Shown here in pieces: positions 12,276 through 26,030 of a DNA stretch of 64,000 nt. The notes under the pieces were generated by a model. That model had not been told where the DNA came from, did no database searches, and saw nothing but the letters and a program-made list of their open reading frames with translations. Each line of letters begins with the position of its first letter. Position 1 is the stretch's first letter. The DNA comes from Lama glama (lineage: Eukaryota): contig CM052817.1 of NCBI GenBank assembly GCA_028534125.1, forward strand, positions 90,212,001-90,276,000, given 5' to 3'. Made by a program: the position numbers and the translations under genes.

Positions 12276-14142
12276 AAGATAAATGATTTCCAGTAGTTTG
12301 GCTTTGTGGCCAGGGATTGTGGTTAGGCTACAAATCAAAATGGGACATACTGGAAGAAAAGAGTTTTGATACATTTGGGAGAAGGTAATGGCTTTCATTT
12401 TGGACTTGTGGAGATTAATAATGTGTGAAGTATCAAGTAGAGATCCTGTAAGGCAATTGGATGTATGCTGGTGGAGAAAATGTAAGATAATTCTGCAAAG
12501 GAGATTTTGATTTGAGTATCAGTAACACTAAGTCCACAGCTCAGAAAAAGGAAGATAGAGTATAAAATGACCTAAAGAGAATAATGTGAGATAAAAAACC
12601 AAGAAAACAATCTGAGGTGCCACCAAGAGCAATAGTAACAAACTAGTTAATTTATTTTAAAAACAGTCTCATCTTGATTATATTTAAAAAATACCAAAAT
12701 AAATTTAAACAGCAGTGTGAACTCAAAGGTGCAAGGAATGAAGTTAAATGGAGTAGAAATAAAGCAATGGGATTTCTTTTACAATAAAAGAATCCCTTCC
12801 ATTATGGAAGGCATCACCATTTGGGAGGGAAAGTAATGATGAGTGTGGTCCATTAGAATTTTAAATAGTGATCATGGTAGATCGTATTCTGGTCACAGAT
12901 TAGTAGGTTTGAAAATATACATAATTCTAGTAACTGATTCATCTACTACGAAACAAAGCTGGATGGTAGGTTTACATCCTGTCCGTATAGCTGCTTATTC
13001 AACCCAAGTGGAAACCATTCTTTTAAATGTATGGTTGTAGGTTTATACTGAGAATATATTTTTTATTATATAAAACAAAACAGATTCAAACAAAGTCTCT
13101 CTGATAGGAATTTCATGACAAACTCATCAGAGGGCCTTAACTCTGTTTTTCAAATCATTATTTTGTGAAACTGACAATATGCTATACTTCACATTGACAC
13201 CTAAAATGGAAAGTGACCTCAAGAAAATAATGAATAGCAAATGTTACTCTTAAATGTTAATGAATCAAGCAATGGTTTATATTGGACTAACAATCCAATT
13301 TCTAAAACATTTATAGAAAGCATTTTTCTTAGTGCCACAGTCAACAAAAGGGAAATCTTTGTTATTACATACATATGCATATTTATATACGTACTTATTA
13401 TAACATTTATTCATCTATGCTGTTAACCATAAAGATATATTCTTATTCCCCTAGTTTAAATACCAGAGAACATATGTGCCTTCACAGTGCCTGAAACTTA
13501 GAGTTCATAAAATATTTGTTAAATTAATTAATATATGACAAAGTATAAAAGAACTATTGGGCCTCTATACCCAAGAATTCAGTTTATTTACCTTACCCTT
13601 GAGTTTCCTATTGCTCCCAGAATTCTCTGTGATCGGTAACAGATATTACTGCTTCTCCAGGTTCTAAATCAGGAGATATCTGAGGAACATCTCTTAGCTT
13701 ACTTTGATTTCACACTGTGTTTTATTGGCCCCAAACGGTTTAATCTAGGGTATCTCTTCTCGTAGGAATTTTTTTTAAATGATGCAGTGTCATACAGCTT
13801 TAAGAATAACATTGGAAGCATAAAAACTGAAACTCTTCTTCAAAAGGAAAGAGTAAAGAGATTTTAAAAGACAAATACGATTTCTTTTTTAAAAAGTTGC
13901 ACTTTGAAAATGAGAAGGAAAGAGAAGTTTTAAACATCATGGCTATTTTGATATCAGTTTTTCACTGGTAGAATATAGCTCAAAATATAATTGGTATGTG
14001 CTGAAAACTGCAAGCCATAAAATTTGGGGTAGTTTTATTTTCGAATACCTGGAGAAGCATGGGATTTGGCAAGCAATTGCTAATTCTTTAGAGTTTCTAT
14101 TCTGATGGCTAAACAAGACATAGTCAAGATGAAACAAAGAGG

Positions 14143-14182
14143 CTGACAATAATACACATTCCCTGACAATAACACACGTTCC
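14143..14182. repeat. 20-bp tandem duplication
   Basis: ctgacaataatacacattcc / ctgacaataacacacgttcc (18/20 identical). Confidence 0.85.
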
Positions 14183-16930
14183 TCTTCCAAATATTGTATA
14201 ATCAACATTTGAAGAGGCAGAAAACACATCTGGGTCTCACTGTTAGGCATTTTTCCAAGCATCAAAATGTTCATAGTGTGTTGATTCATTTACATTTAAG
14301 ACTAAATGTCTGATTACAGTAGAATTTAAACATCAACGTGTTAGTTTATATCTCAAGTGTCAGACAAAGAGTAAGAATCTTTTCCTCAAAAATCAAAGCA
14401 TTTTTCTCCCTAGACTCTGTAATGTCTCTTTTCATGCCCTGCTATGGCAATGCCTGTCCTTATAGTTGTGTAATGTTCCCAGCAGCCGAAGTTTTTAGAT
14501 GACTTGATTTTCTAAAACTTGTTTCAGTAAGGTTTATGACAATATATTTACACAATATGCAAATCCACAAAATCCCCCAAATTTCATTTTTGTATTTAAT
14601 TTCAGGCAACTTTCTAATCAGATTCTTTTCACCTTTTTTCATGGCCGTCATCAGCTACCATACATGTTGCCCTATGTCATGGTAAAGCCTTATTCCAGAG
14701 CCACATATTTAAAAAAAAAAAAACTTCATAGGAAATAAGTCATTATAAACTAAACTTTGCTGTCCTGATCTTCAAACAAAAATTGATTCAAAACATCACA
14801 GACATTGACAAAGAAAAAAAAAGTCATACGACTTGAGATATATGAAAGACTTCAGTAAAAAGAAACATGTTCACATGTGAGTGAAAACATTTCTTGTTCA
14901 AAGAATTTCATTCCTTAGACATAAAAGGCACTCTAATTTTCTCCAACTGAATGCCAGTTCTAGTATATTTTATGAGTGCCTTCACTGATGTCAGATCCTG
15001 ATATATAATGAAGTGACCCTAAAATGGAATCCCTCAAAACATTTACTGGACTCTCCAGGAAACTGTATCAGCTCAGAATTGGATGTGCTCCAAGACTGTG
15101 CTGTAGTAACTCTTTGGGGAGATTTATTTAAAAGAATTTCACCTGAATAAGTAAGTCCATCTCATTTTTAATGATTATTTAAAATAGCATTCTTTCATGT
15201 CAGTGTTTCCCCCTCTTGAACCGATGGTCGTCATTCTCTGAAGATGGATTGGGTTCCAGCAACTTCTCTGAACACCTGGGAGAGGAGTAAGCCTTGGCTC
15301 CTTGCCATTACTACAGATACATTTGTCTTCTGTCCACCTAATTAATGCATCCTGATCCAGAGATCCCAATGTGATAGAAGGTGTTAAATGACTGTGGACC
15401 ACCCTGTGTGAAATAATGTCTACAATAATCATCATGGGGCACAGTATGCAAATAAAACAAAAAAAATTGTTTCACCAAAGAAGCTGTCATCTTAAATTAA
15501 CATAATGTAAAATGGCAAAGCACAGATGTTTTGGTGTCTTTTTTTTAAATAATTAAACCTCTGAACATAACACTTGGTCCTGGTGTTCGTGTTATGACAG
15601 TGACTTCAACTCAATGGGGAAAGAATGCATGGAAAGCAGGTTCAGAATAAAAAGTACCTGTCACTCTACTTTTTGTAACTGTGAATTTCAAGACTTGATT
15701 ATAGATCCATCTGTTACTGCTACCAGGGACATGTAGCTTCGCTTTATACCCTAGAACAGATGTAGGGCTTTTTGCCCCCTTTCTTATCTTCCTCCCATCC
15801 GCTATAGCTGCTCCAAAACTACAGGTAAACACAGCACTTGTATTCACTGGAAAGCAAGAGGATTGTTTAGAATAGAATTATTCCTCAGTAGGTTAGATTG
15901 CATTTAGAGCTAACACAGTAAAGTCTACCAAGCAGTGGCATTTGCCAATTTCTATCTATTAAAGTCCACCATCTATAGTGTTCGCCCATATAAGCTTGAA
16001 TTGGGACCATCATAAACATCTCCATCAGTCTTATCTCCAGGACAATAGACTACTACTTGCTGTCTCATATAAACGATCACATGTTTAGTCTCGGAGTTCC
16101 TGGTTTTTCCTTCCTTGTTATTGGATTCTACAATAATTCCAATTCCCCAAGGATGCTTTGACTTTAGCCACTTTGTTTAGAACTTGCTGACCTTCACACC
16201 TTTCCAGGATACAACCAACAGAAATTGAGGGATATCTTCCTGCAGCCATGAAAATACACCACTTGGATCTCCTGCTGTGAGGAGCATAATTGATGAAGAA
16301 CCCCAGCTGCTGTGGTCAGAATCCACCACCAAGTTCACACAGAAACCACACCTGTGTGGGCTGATCTCAAGCAACAACTGAACCTGTGAGGATACTGAGA
16401 CAGGTCCATTTCTACTGGTCATAGGGCTCCAGGGATGTACATTTCAACGAAGGCAGTTGGCAGCAGATGATGTCTGAAATTTGCAAGAAATCTCCACAGA
16501 ACACCAATATAAGATCAAAATTAAACATTGTATTTTTATTCAGGTTCTATTAGACAGCTCAGGAGAATTAAGTGGTTGCTTTTATTCAAGTGATGTAAGA
16601 AATTAGTTTTTTCAAGAGGGCATCTAATACCTTTCTAAGAAAAGATCCGTGTCCAATAAATGTTTTTTTTTCTTTTACAAACAAATGTTGAATTAACTGA
16701 TACCAGTTTTTTATCATCCACTTTCAGTGAAAAATGAAAATCAGCATTGTGCATATCAGATCAAATTTTATGTAGAAAATCAGGTAGTCAGCATTTCATT
16801 TTTATCATAAATGTATATATAAAAAATAAACAATCCACAGAAAAAAATAACATTAAATAAGCACCTAGAAAAGCCCCAGTTTTGATGATAATATAAGAAA
16901 TACAAATAAATATATAAAAGATACATTTGA

Positions 16931-17067
16931 GAGAGGGGAGGATATAGCTCAAGTGGTAAAGCGCATGCTTAGCATGCATGAGACCCTGGGTTTAATCCCC
17001 ATTACCTCCTCTGAGAATAATAAATAAATAAACCTAATTATCTCCCCCCACCAAAAAAAAAATTAAA
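16931..17067 (+). mobile_element. tRNA-Ala-derived camelid SINE (Vic-1 type), long form
   Basis: ggggaggatatagctcaagtggtaaagcgcatgcttagcatgcatgagaccctgggtttaatcccc head, aacctaattatctccccc body, A tail; TSD aaaagatacatttg / aaaaaatacatttg. Confidence 0.92.
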
Positions 17068-17084
17068 TAAAAAATACATTTGGA

Positions 17085-17720
17085 ATATTTATCACCTATC
17101 AGTTTAGCAAAAGTGAAAAAAGATAAATGCCCAGTAGTTAGGAATATATAGAGAAGTAGGCCATGTTATACATTTCTGAAATCATGTCAACTCTTTTAGG
17201 ATAATTTGACAATATAAAAATTTCCCTGTTTTCCTTTCTTTACACATAGAGCAACTCTTAAAAATATGCATGACTTAAATTGTACTGATAATAATTAATT
17301 TGTACAACGTTCATAAAATGGAACCCAATACATCCTCTCAAAAAATTAAGGCATCCATGTACTGATGAGGAAAACATACATTGTCCATTAGTACATAAAT
17401 ATTTTCTTAATTTTTAAAAAATGTTTATTTACTTGTGTGTGCATGTGTGTGTGTGCATATATATTTAGTCATGGTTTTTTTTTAAGATTCTGGGAACCAT
17501 TATTTATAGCATAATCTTATTTGATTTTGAAATAGTATGTGTACATGTGATAATTTAAAAAGTCAGGAGAGATATGAATCACATTATTTACAGTGATTTA
17601 CTTTAGACAGAGAAGATTATTGGGGATTTTCATCTTGTATTTTATAAGATTCTGTATTATTAGAATGTTTTGGTAATAAGCATAAATCCCTTTCATAATC
17701 AGGAAAGTAAAACCATTAAT
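17085..17720 (+). mobile_element. Ancient L1 (L1ME-like) 3' end
   Basis: atcacctatcagtttagcaaaagtgaaaaa and gattattggggattttcatcttg...ctttcataatcaggaaa 3'UTR-like motifs. Confidence 0.5.
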
Positions 17721-20289
17721 TCTAAATTTATTATAATTATATTATACTTTTATAATTATAGTATAATTATTATATACATTTATACTTTTATAATTATGAT
17801 TATACCTATATCACTATACTTATGTTTATGGTTTTGGCCTCATTCTGTGAGCTAATTCTCTTATTTCTATTTTAATAATTCTGGGCTCTGTCATTAAGCA
17901 GAAAATGTACTTGACTAATTAAAACTCATAAAAAATGGCAACTCACAATCCAGCCATGTCATGCTTTGCCGATACATCTCTCTATATTGGTAATATTGTG
18001 TGTGTGCATGCACACATGTATATACGTATGATTCAGATATTTTCAATTATTTGGTTTAAAATAGACAGGTGGTATCCCATGGACACAAAAGTATTCTATG
18101 AATTGCTGCTGCATGCTTAATGTTCTTTGTAAGTAATGCCTTTCATGATGAAATAAAAATTTACTACCACTCTGTCTAAGTTCAGCCAGCCTGTAAGCAT
18201 AGATTTACAGAGTCAAGGGAACTATTAAAACAGTCATTCCTTAGGGTTAATTTTCAATCTTCACTTCCCTTTTAATGATTAAGACAATTTCATTGCCACC
18301 TATGTTTCCAATTTACACAGGGATACCTCAGAAGACCTCAAGGGTCTTGTTGACAATCTTCCAATCCGAAGGCAGGGATAAATGACCCACTGTGTTTTAT
18401 TGAATAGCCCTAATGCAGGAACTGACAGGCTGTGGGAATTGCTGAGCTGTTAGATCATTTCACAGGGAAAGTACTATACTCATTCTTGCGGCTCCTTTCC
18501 CTCTACAAAAATGATGACTCATACATAATTGAAGGAATGTCATTTCAACACTATGGCTAGAATTTTTGAAAATTTCATACATCTTGTGTTATTTACTTAG
18601 ACTATAATTCCTTCTTTTTAAAAGAAAAAAATGTCTGGACGTGGGGGAGGGATGAGTACTTTGGCTTTTCCTTTCACGAATGTTCTTGAATAGAACTGCT
18701 CTCCACTTGCCCTACCAGATGGCAGAGTAGCAACATGCTGATGTTACTGGCAAAGAAGGAAGAAGAGGATTGCAAATCAGACCAAAGGGGCATATCAGGG
18801 GGATCCCTGGGGAATTAGCCAAGAACATGTTGTAAAAGAAAAGGGAACTGGGATACTTAGAAGTTGTTTGTATTTAGTAGATTTTTTTAAAAGACAAGGA
18901 AATGTGTAAGTCTGGTTAATACTGTGAAAAAACCATACAAACAGCTGTGTCCTTTTAACAATTATGAAATCTAGACAGAAAGTATATACATTTGAAAGTC
19001 CCTGTGTTAGAGCTGGATTCACCATTGCCATACACCTTACCAGAACAAAAATATAGCAGTACTTCTCTTCACAAAGAATAAAATGATTGGTGGCATTACT
19101 AGGGAAGTGGCTTGCTATGTATACTTCGCGGAAGAAAACAGATTTGCATTACTTTGTTTTGAAATTGATCTCTTTTTAAAAGAATGGTATAATTTTTTAT
19201 AACTAGCTAATACGGTTTTCCCAAATAATTGTCTATACTGCATCGTGAGAGATGATAATATACACAAACTCTCTTATCAGTTACTGTAGTTGCAAGTACC
19301 CTGAGAAAATAAAGAGCATTTAAAGAAGAAAAACAAAACTGGTTAGGGTAATTGTCAAAATTCTCATCTTGAGAATGAGCTGCCTAAAATTCCAAAAAGC
19401 TAAGGAATATGCCCAAATTCACATAGCTAATCAATAATATAGTGAGGGCTTAAATCTATATTTGACTGACTCTGTTTTATAACCATCATACTTTGCCCTT
19501 CCTATGGAACTGTTCAAATTCACTTTTCTGTGTAATGTTGCAAAAGTGCTTTCATGAGAGGGAAATTACATTATCACATATCCTTTCATAATGTGGGACT
19601 TTTTAAAATTAGTTCCTCTAATGTTGCTATAAGATATTTACTTATTTATCTTCTATTTTGTACCAAAAAAGGACTTAAATCAACTTAGGGTGTAAGAGTA
19701 ACAAAAATTACAATGACAGTTCTGACTTATATGAATTTTAGTTTTTTACTTTTTGTAGAGTTTACCCTAGGTAATAAAGAAGTTAGAAGTGCATTTACAG
19801 ACTAATGTATTCAGTGACTGCTGGGCTAACTATGTTTTAAATAAAGAATATAGCAAATATAAATGAATCACCTGAGTATGCTGATTATAACTAAATATTT
19901 CCCAATCTACCTAAAAGATGGTGATTTTTCTACCCAATTTGCTCATATTTTATTTTATGGAATTCTATTCTTACTCCCACATACTAATTTCTTGAGTCTA
20001 TTTTACCATTTATATTTCTCTGCTAATTTTTCCATTAAACAGGAGCGTATTTTTCACATCTCAAGCATAGTTACACCTTTTTCTGTGAATTCAAATATCT
20101 TGTATCTTGACATTGATTTCCATTGTAGATCAAATTTTTATTGTCCCTTGGACATTGTGAATATTATGTTGTAAAAATTCTGGATTCTATTATATTCCCC
20201 TGAAGAGTGTTGATTGTTGTTGTTCATCAGTTAATTTAATTGGAATCAAATTGTAAACTCTCTCTTGGGTGGCAGATCAAGATTCTTTG

Positions 20290-20770
20290 ATCTATCTTAA
20301 AACAGGGAAGTAAATGGCTCACACTACTGAATTCATGAAAGATTAATTTCCAGAATAACTGGATTAAGATTCTCAATATCACCAGGAATTTGTTTTTCTT
20401 GGCTTGGATTCTTCTTCATGGGTTTTGTTCTGAAGGATCCTCTCCCCAAATGGTTTCCAAGCTACAGATCTAAATGCTACCAGCTTAAGGACCTCAGTAG
20501 AAAGAGGAGTCCTAATACCCATTGGTTCTGGGAAAAGTCTTGGAACCAACCTCTGCATTTTTGGTTGGTTGATCGATTCCTAAACTAATCCCCATGACTG
20601 TGATTAACCAAATGTAGGTCAGGCATTTGACCCCTGGAACTGACTGTGAGTTCAGTCCCATCTAAGCCACATAGCCTGTGAATGGTTACCTAAGGAAAAC
20701 CAGGTGATAATACTAAACAAAAGAGAGGCTAGTAGATAGGTGAAATAACACACTCTCTCTGTTGGCACAG
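20290..20770 (-). mobile_element. Old MaLR LTR (MLT1K/L-like)
   Basis: accagcttaaggacctcagtagaaagag, cccctggaact...tcagtcccatctaagccacatag, aaggaaaaccaggtg motifs. Confidence 0.5.
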
Positions 20771-22974
20771 ACAGGAAAAGAAAACAGGTCAAGTTGAGGG
20801 AAGGGAAATAACCAGGAACAGATGTTGCCAAAAGTAGGCTCTTGTTCATTGTCAGCTTTCTCCTTAGTCCTCTGAAGAGCCAAGTTTGAGGTCTCCTCTT
20901 GGGTACATTTCCTTTCTTTGACTCTTTTCATTGGAGTTCTGATCACCCTTCCCTTTGCCAACAGAAACAGGGATTTGATTCAGTTTCATTTTGCCAACAA
21001 TAATCAAACTATTTTCTCTACGCTGCCCCACAGCCACTAAGGACATACATCTAACCAAAAAAAGTCTCCCTTTCTAGAAGATTCTGAATAGGCACGATAG
21101 CTTTGTTGACAATAACCATAATTTACTAAGAAAAGAAAACAAAATCTCCATGTTAAAAAAAATCAGTAAATACAAACCTTTTATAAACAGGAAGAGTCTA
21201 AAGAAGACTAGTTCTTTTGGGTTACAAGATAATTTTTGTTATTTTTGTGATTCATACATAAAAAGAATGTATAAATTTACCAGCTTAGGATATAAATAAA
21301 TACAGATTTACTTTAATGTGTGCATTGTAAAGGCTCTCAGGCCCTAACTAGTCATCAGGGAGTCTGTTGTTTAGTGCAGGTTGATCTTCCTAGTGACGTG
21401 CATTCATAAGGCATCTTTGCAATGCTAGTGAACTCTACCCAGTGAACTCACTTATAACGTGATTATTGCCTCCTTTCTCTCTGCTAATTGTCTCTATAGG
21501 GAGAGATCCTTTCATGGTTTTTATTGATCCTTGAAAGTTTTTTCTTTTCTGTTTGGAGAGAGCTGCTTCCCATCTGTAGGTTGACCTTCAGTAGCATGTT
21601 CAGACTCTTAATCTTCTGATTCCCCTCCCTTACTACATCATAGTGTATTACACGCAAAAGCCCGCTGGAGGGAGCAGAAATGCTGGTTCTTATTTTTCTA
21701 TTGTAAGAGGCTGTGTATTAAACAAAAGATTCTCTCGAGATTTCATATTAGAGAAACTAGGTATATTTTTCACTTTAGTTTCTTCTACTATAAAGAGAAG
21801 CAGAATCCCAAAGCAAGAACTGGGAATTGAAATCTGTTGTCTTGGTCACACACCTTCTAATAGGTAAGCTTTCCACTCTCCCCATAAACAAGACTATCAC
21901 CTCATAAGAATCATTGGTGCCATACGCCACCATATTAATTGGCCTTTACCATTTTCTTAAATCATTAAGAGGAAGAAAAGCTTAACTTATGATTGGGCTA
22001 GACATGTAACACCAAAGTATAAACTCACTTTCAAAAGATGGGCCACTTTAACCACTCACAGGAAGAAATAAACTATAGCAAATGTTTGTTTTTCCACCTT
22101 TCCATGTATTGCTGTATGAAAATTAGCAGCACTTTGTCAAATGGCATGTCTGTATATGTATCTTTGTGGTGTTTCCACTCATTTGTACACTCGTATAGAT
22201 ATGTTTATATAATATATATCACTTACTCAGTACTTAGGGACGGCATTGACAAAGTCTTGCATCAGCAATTTGCTCGTCTCCTCCGGGAGTAGTGTTAATT
22301 GCTCTATAATACTAATGGTTTATATACAACCCGGCGTTCAAATGAGCTTCATTTAAAGTTGGCACTGTTAGTTTACACCTGCAAAAAGGTGAGTATTTTT
22401 CTCCTAGCTTGGGAATAGAAGAGACTGTTTCTCATCGCTTGGTATATGCCTAAAGAATACTATTTTTGTTTGCTTTGGTTATTATGCAAATTTACAAGGC
22501 AGACTTTGTATTAAAAGAAATTTGCTATAGAACTTTAGGGAAAATCATGACTCTCACAAAATAACCACATGCTGGACAGGATGTTTATTTAAAACATTTG
22601 TTTGAATACATATGAGGCAGAGTGAATAGAATTAAAGAATTATCCTGATTATAAATTCATTATTCCATTGTTTAGATAGCATTGCCAACTTTAAAAATAA
22701 TTTTCACCCTTAAGATATTTTATTAATGGAGACTATATTTTCTTTCTTTGCATAACATAAATAGGAAACATTCATCTATTTATGGGTATTCTCTTTCTCA
22801 CAGTTAATTTTAATAGCATAGATTAAGTAATTTAGAGATACATGGGGTAATCTAATTCTAGCATGCAACGTGTGACAGTGAAAGTGTTAGCTAGTAGCAA
22901 TCTCCCTAGGTCCATGATGAACCATGGAGGCTTTGAACCATCCCATCACTTTCAATATGACATTTTTATTTCCC

Positions 22975-23095
22975 ACCAAGGTAAGCCCTACCAGGGCAGG
23001 GACCTTGCCTATCTTATTCATGTCTATATCCAGAGTCCATAGGATGCTACCTGGTTCTGTATATAACTGTTTAGTAAGTAGGTGGAAAAAAAGAA
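22975..23095 (+). mobile_element. L2 3' end fragment
   Basis: gtaagccctaccagggcagggaccttgcctatcttattcatgtctatatccagag L2 terminus. Confidence 0.65.
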
Positions 23096-25808
23096 AATCC
23101 AAATATTTATCCAGAATTTCAAAGTGTATGTGTACGTGTGTGAGAGGGAGAGAGAGAGACTGAGTATACACTGAGACTCCATTTTTAACATTAAAAGCTA
23201 TTCTGACTTGAGAGGTTCCGTGACATTTGTATTTTTCATGAGAAATTTTTAGTTGATAATTTGGAATGATAAATTCTGATGTAGTTTCTTCCTTGAATAG
23301 CTGTATCTTCTCAGAGTTCATATTAACATAGCATTTATTAAGCACCTGCTGTGTGCCTCCAGGGACTCTGAGAGGGACTGGGGATATAAGGAGGAAAAAC
23401 TTACATGTTTATTTCATTATTTTTGTAGTTTGATAAAGAAATGTTGTCTTCAACTAACTGCTTCAGCAAGTAGTAATATTTTAAGGCATTTCCTAAGGAG
23501 TTAAAAAAACAACTGGAATGAGAGTCACTGCTGTTAGATTCAGTTAGCTCTTTTCCTTTAGAATAGTTTAGTTTTCTTTTTCAGGTCTCTAAACAATTAA
23601 CAACAGAATAGGTGAGGTAGAAGAAATGTTGACCTCTTGATCTCAGCCCTACTCTTTGCCTTGTTAATGCCATCGTCAATCATTCACTATTAATGTTGAG
23701 ATAAACCTTGATACAGAAGTGCCTTCTTTCTGTATACAGACTCAATAAGTGCAATGATAAAATGAGTGCACTTAGGAAGAGAAACCAAGATATGCTCACC
23801 CTTTACTGTGAAGATGACTGCAAGATAGCAGAAATGGCTAAAAACCTACCTAGGTTTCTTGGTTCAATCAGGTTACCTAGGTAAGTAAGAGTTCAATCTC
23901 AGAAGAGCTTCTGTGCTATGTTGGTCTGAATGGAGATCATGAATTAAGGCCTGGAAACAGCCTGTGAACTTCTGCCAGCAACAGCTAATTTGCAACAATG
24001 GGGGCTTCGTGAAAATGACATTTCAGCTGGCATGCGGAGGCAAGCAGAGCCGTTTGAGAGGATGGAGAGCGTGGTGCCTGCCAATTGCTGTTGGCAGAGG
24101 ATTGTCAGTCCACTGAGTACCAGGACTCATCAGCATATTTAATGTTATGAGCACAGACATTGTCTTTAAAAACATAAGCCATGAGAGGGCAATGTGGGCC
24201 GCAGACTGCGGAGAGTAGCATCTCATGCAGGTGAATGGCACAAGTACTCGTGAAAGTCGTGACAAGGGGGAAAACAGGAACAGAAAGGAGCCAGATACAC
24301 AGGAGAAAGGGGTGAAAGGCCAGAAGTAAATTCACAAGAAAGGCAAGTGTACAGAATTTTAAGAATTTTTTTTTCTAATCACACAAGTAGCAAAAAAAAG
24401 CATAGAAAAGCACAAAGGGAACAAGAGTTACTCTACTACCATCACCAGAAACAGAATTGCTAAATCTCTACTCTGAGATTTTCCTTGGATTTTTAGGTCC
24501 AGAATTTAAAACAATGAAAAAGGGGTATCAAGAGTTATGAAGGTAGTATTAACTTTCCTCTCCCACATGTCTTGCATTATAAACAACTAATCTGTAAATT
24601 AGGGCAATAGCAAACTACCACAAATATTACAAAGACCCTCTACTAACTTACAATTTTACCTACATTATAGCAAATAGATATTTTGAGAATAGTTGCTCAT
24701 ATGTATATATTGATAGAAATTAATGACACTATAAACTAGTTCTAATTACATTGCATTAAATTTCTCTGTTTCAAAATGCTTGTGAACAGGTGTTACATGC
24801 CACAAGAAAGCCTTTCAGTTGTTCACTAAATAGTCTTACCAAGTCTTAGCTATGTCATGCTTTTTATACAGTATTAGAAGTTCAAGTAATAATATAGCAT
24901 CAGGTATGTGGGATACAATGTTAAACCATTAACTGATGAGTTTTCCTACTTTGAGCTTCATATAATTTCTCCAGTTGTATCTAGCTGGTCTCTCAGCCTG
25001 GGACTCAAGGTCACAACTTTCCCCAGAAAAAATCCACTTTTTGAGGCAGTGACCTCCCCCTCCTTGCCTTTCAAACCTTTCCTTCTCAAACCCAGAATAG
25101 GTCAAGACACTCAAAGGAGGGATGAAGAAAGCTTAGGGTAGAAGTAAGAGGAGCTCTGGGGCTTTGCAGAATTAGAACAGTACTTTGTAGAAGTTGTTTG
25201 GAGTTTGGCAGTGTAGCAGGAGGATCTGACTGGGACGCTGAAATTGGGTGGGAGTTGGGGGTAGTCTTTCCACATCCTTTGGGAGCCAGAATGCCACAGA
25301 CGGAAAAAAAAAAATCCAGTATCTTTAATAAAATGTCAGGCTTTTGTTAAGAGAGAAAGAAGCTACTGAGAGGCTCACGGGAGTTCGAAGCCCAGGAACC
25401 TCTGTAGACACTGAATTGATAAAGTGTCCTCTTCATCTCCAGAACCACAGACTCCATGGCCTGCTGAGAGAGGACTGCCTCAGATCCACCCACCCTGTGC
25501 AAAAACTGACTGCATAATGGTAGATTTGGTTTTCCTGTCATCAGGTAGGATAGGTTTTGAGATTTTTTTAATAATCCAATTACAAAATAGAAAAAAAAAT
25601 TACTTCATTTTCACCCTTGAGTATTCAAATTCAACAAACCCATGTGCCTATTTCTAGTATATTTTAGAGCTCCTACTTACATTCTCAGTGAACCTCACAA
25701 TATCTCTATGTTGTAGGTGTCACTGATCCACACTTAATTCACCCATTGTAAGTAAAACATATTAGGGCTGTTAGGTGCCAGAGTCTGCACTGGGTTCTGG
25801 ATATTCTC

Positions 25809-26030
25809 TGTTACAGCAGATACCTCTTGTGCCCCCTTTAATGTCGGCTGAGCCCAAATTAACTCAAACCATTCTTTTATGGCAACCAAGTTTGAGATGG
25901 TGCCACCTGACAAGCACTTAACATCTCAGCAGCTGTGGCTTCATGGCATTCATGCATGTGCAATCTGGAAATGTGAGGAAGTTACCATATCCCGAGTAAC
26001 CCTTGACCAATGATGCTTGGGAGCCAGTAG
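25809..26030 (+). mobile_element. LTR16-family (ERVL) LTR fragment
   Basis: tgttacagcagatacctcttgtgccccc start and aacccttgaccaatga motif. Confidence 0.5.

Noticed and set aside
14160..14215. Minus-strand peptide NVDYTIFGRGTCVIVR resembling a T-cell receptor J segment (FGxG)
   Set aside because: No upstream RSS nonamer/heptamer, no GT donor at the expected position, no neighbouring J segments, and it overlaps a local tandem duplication
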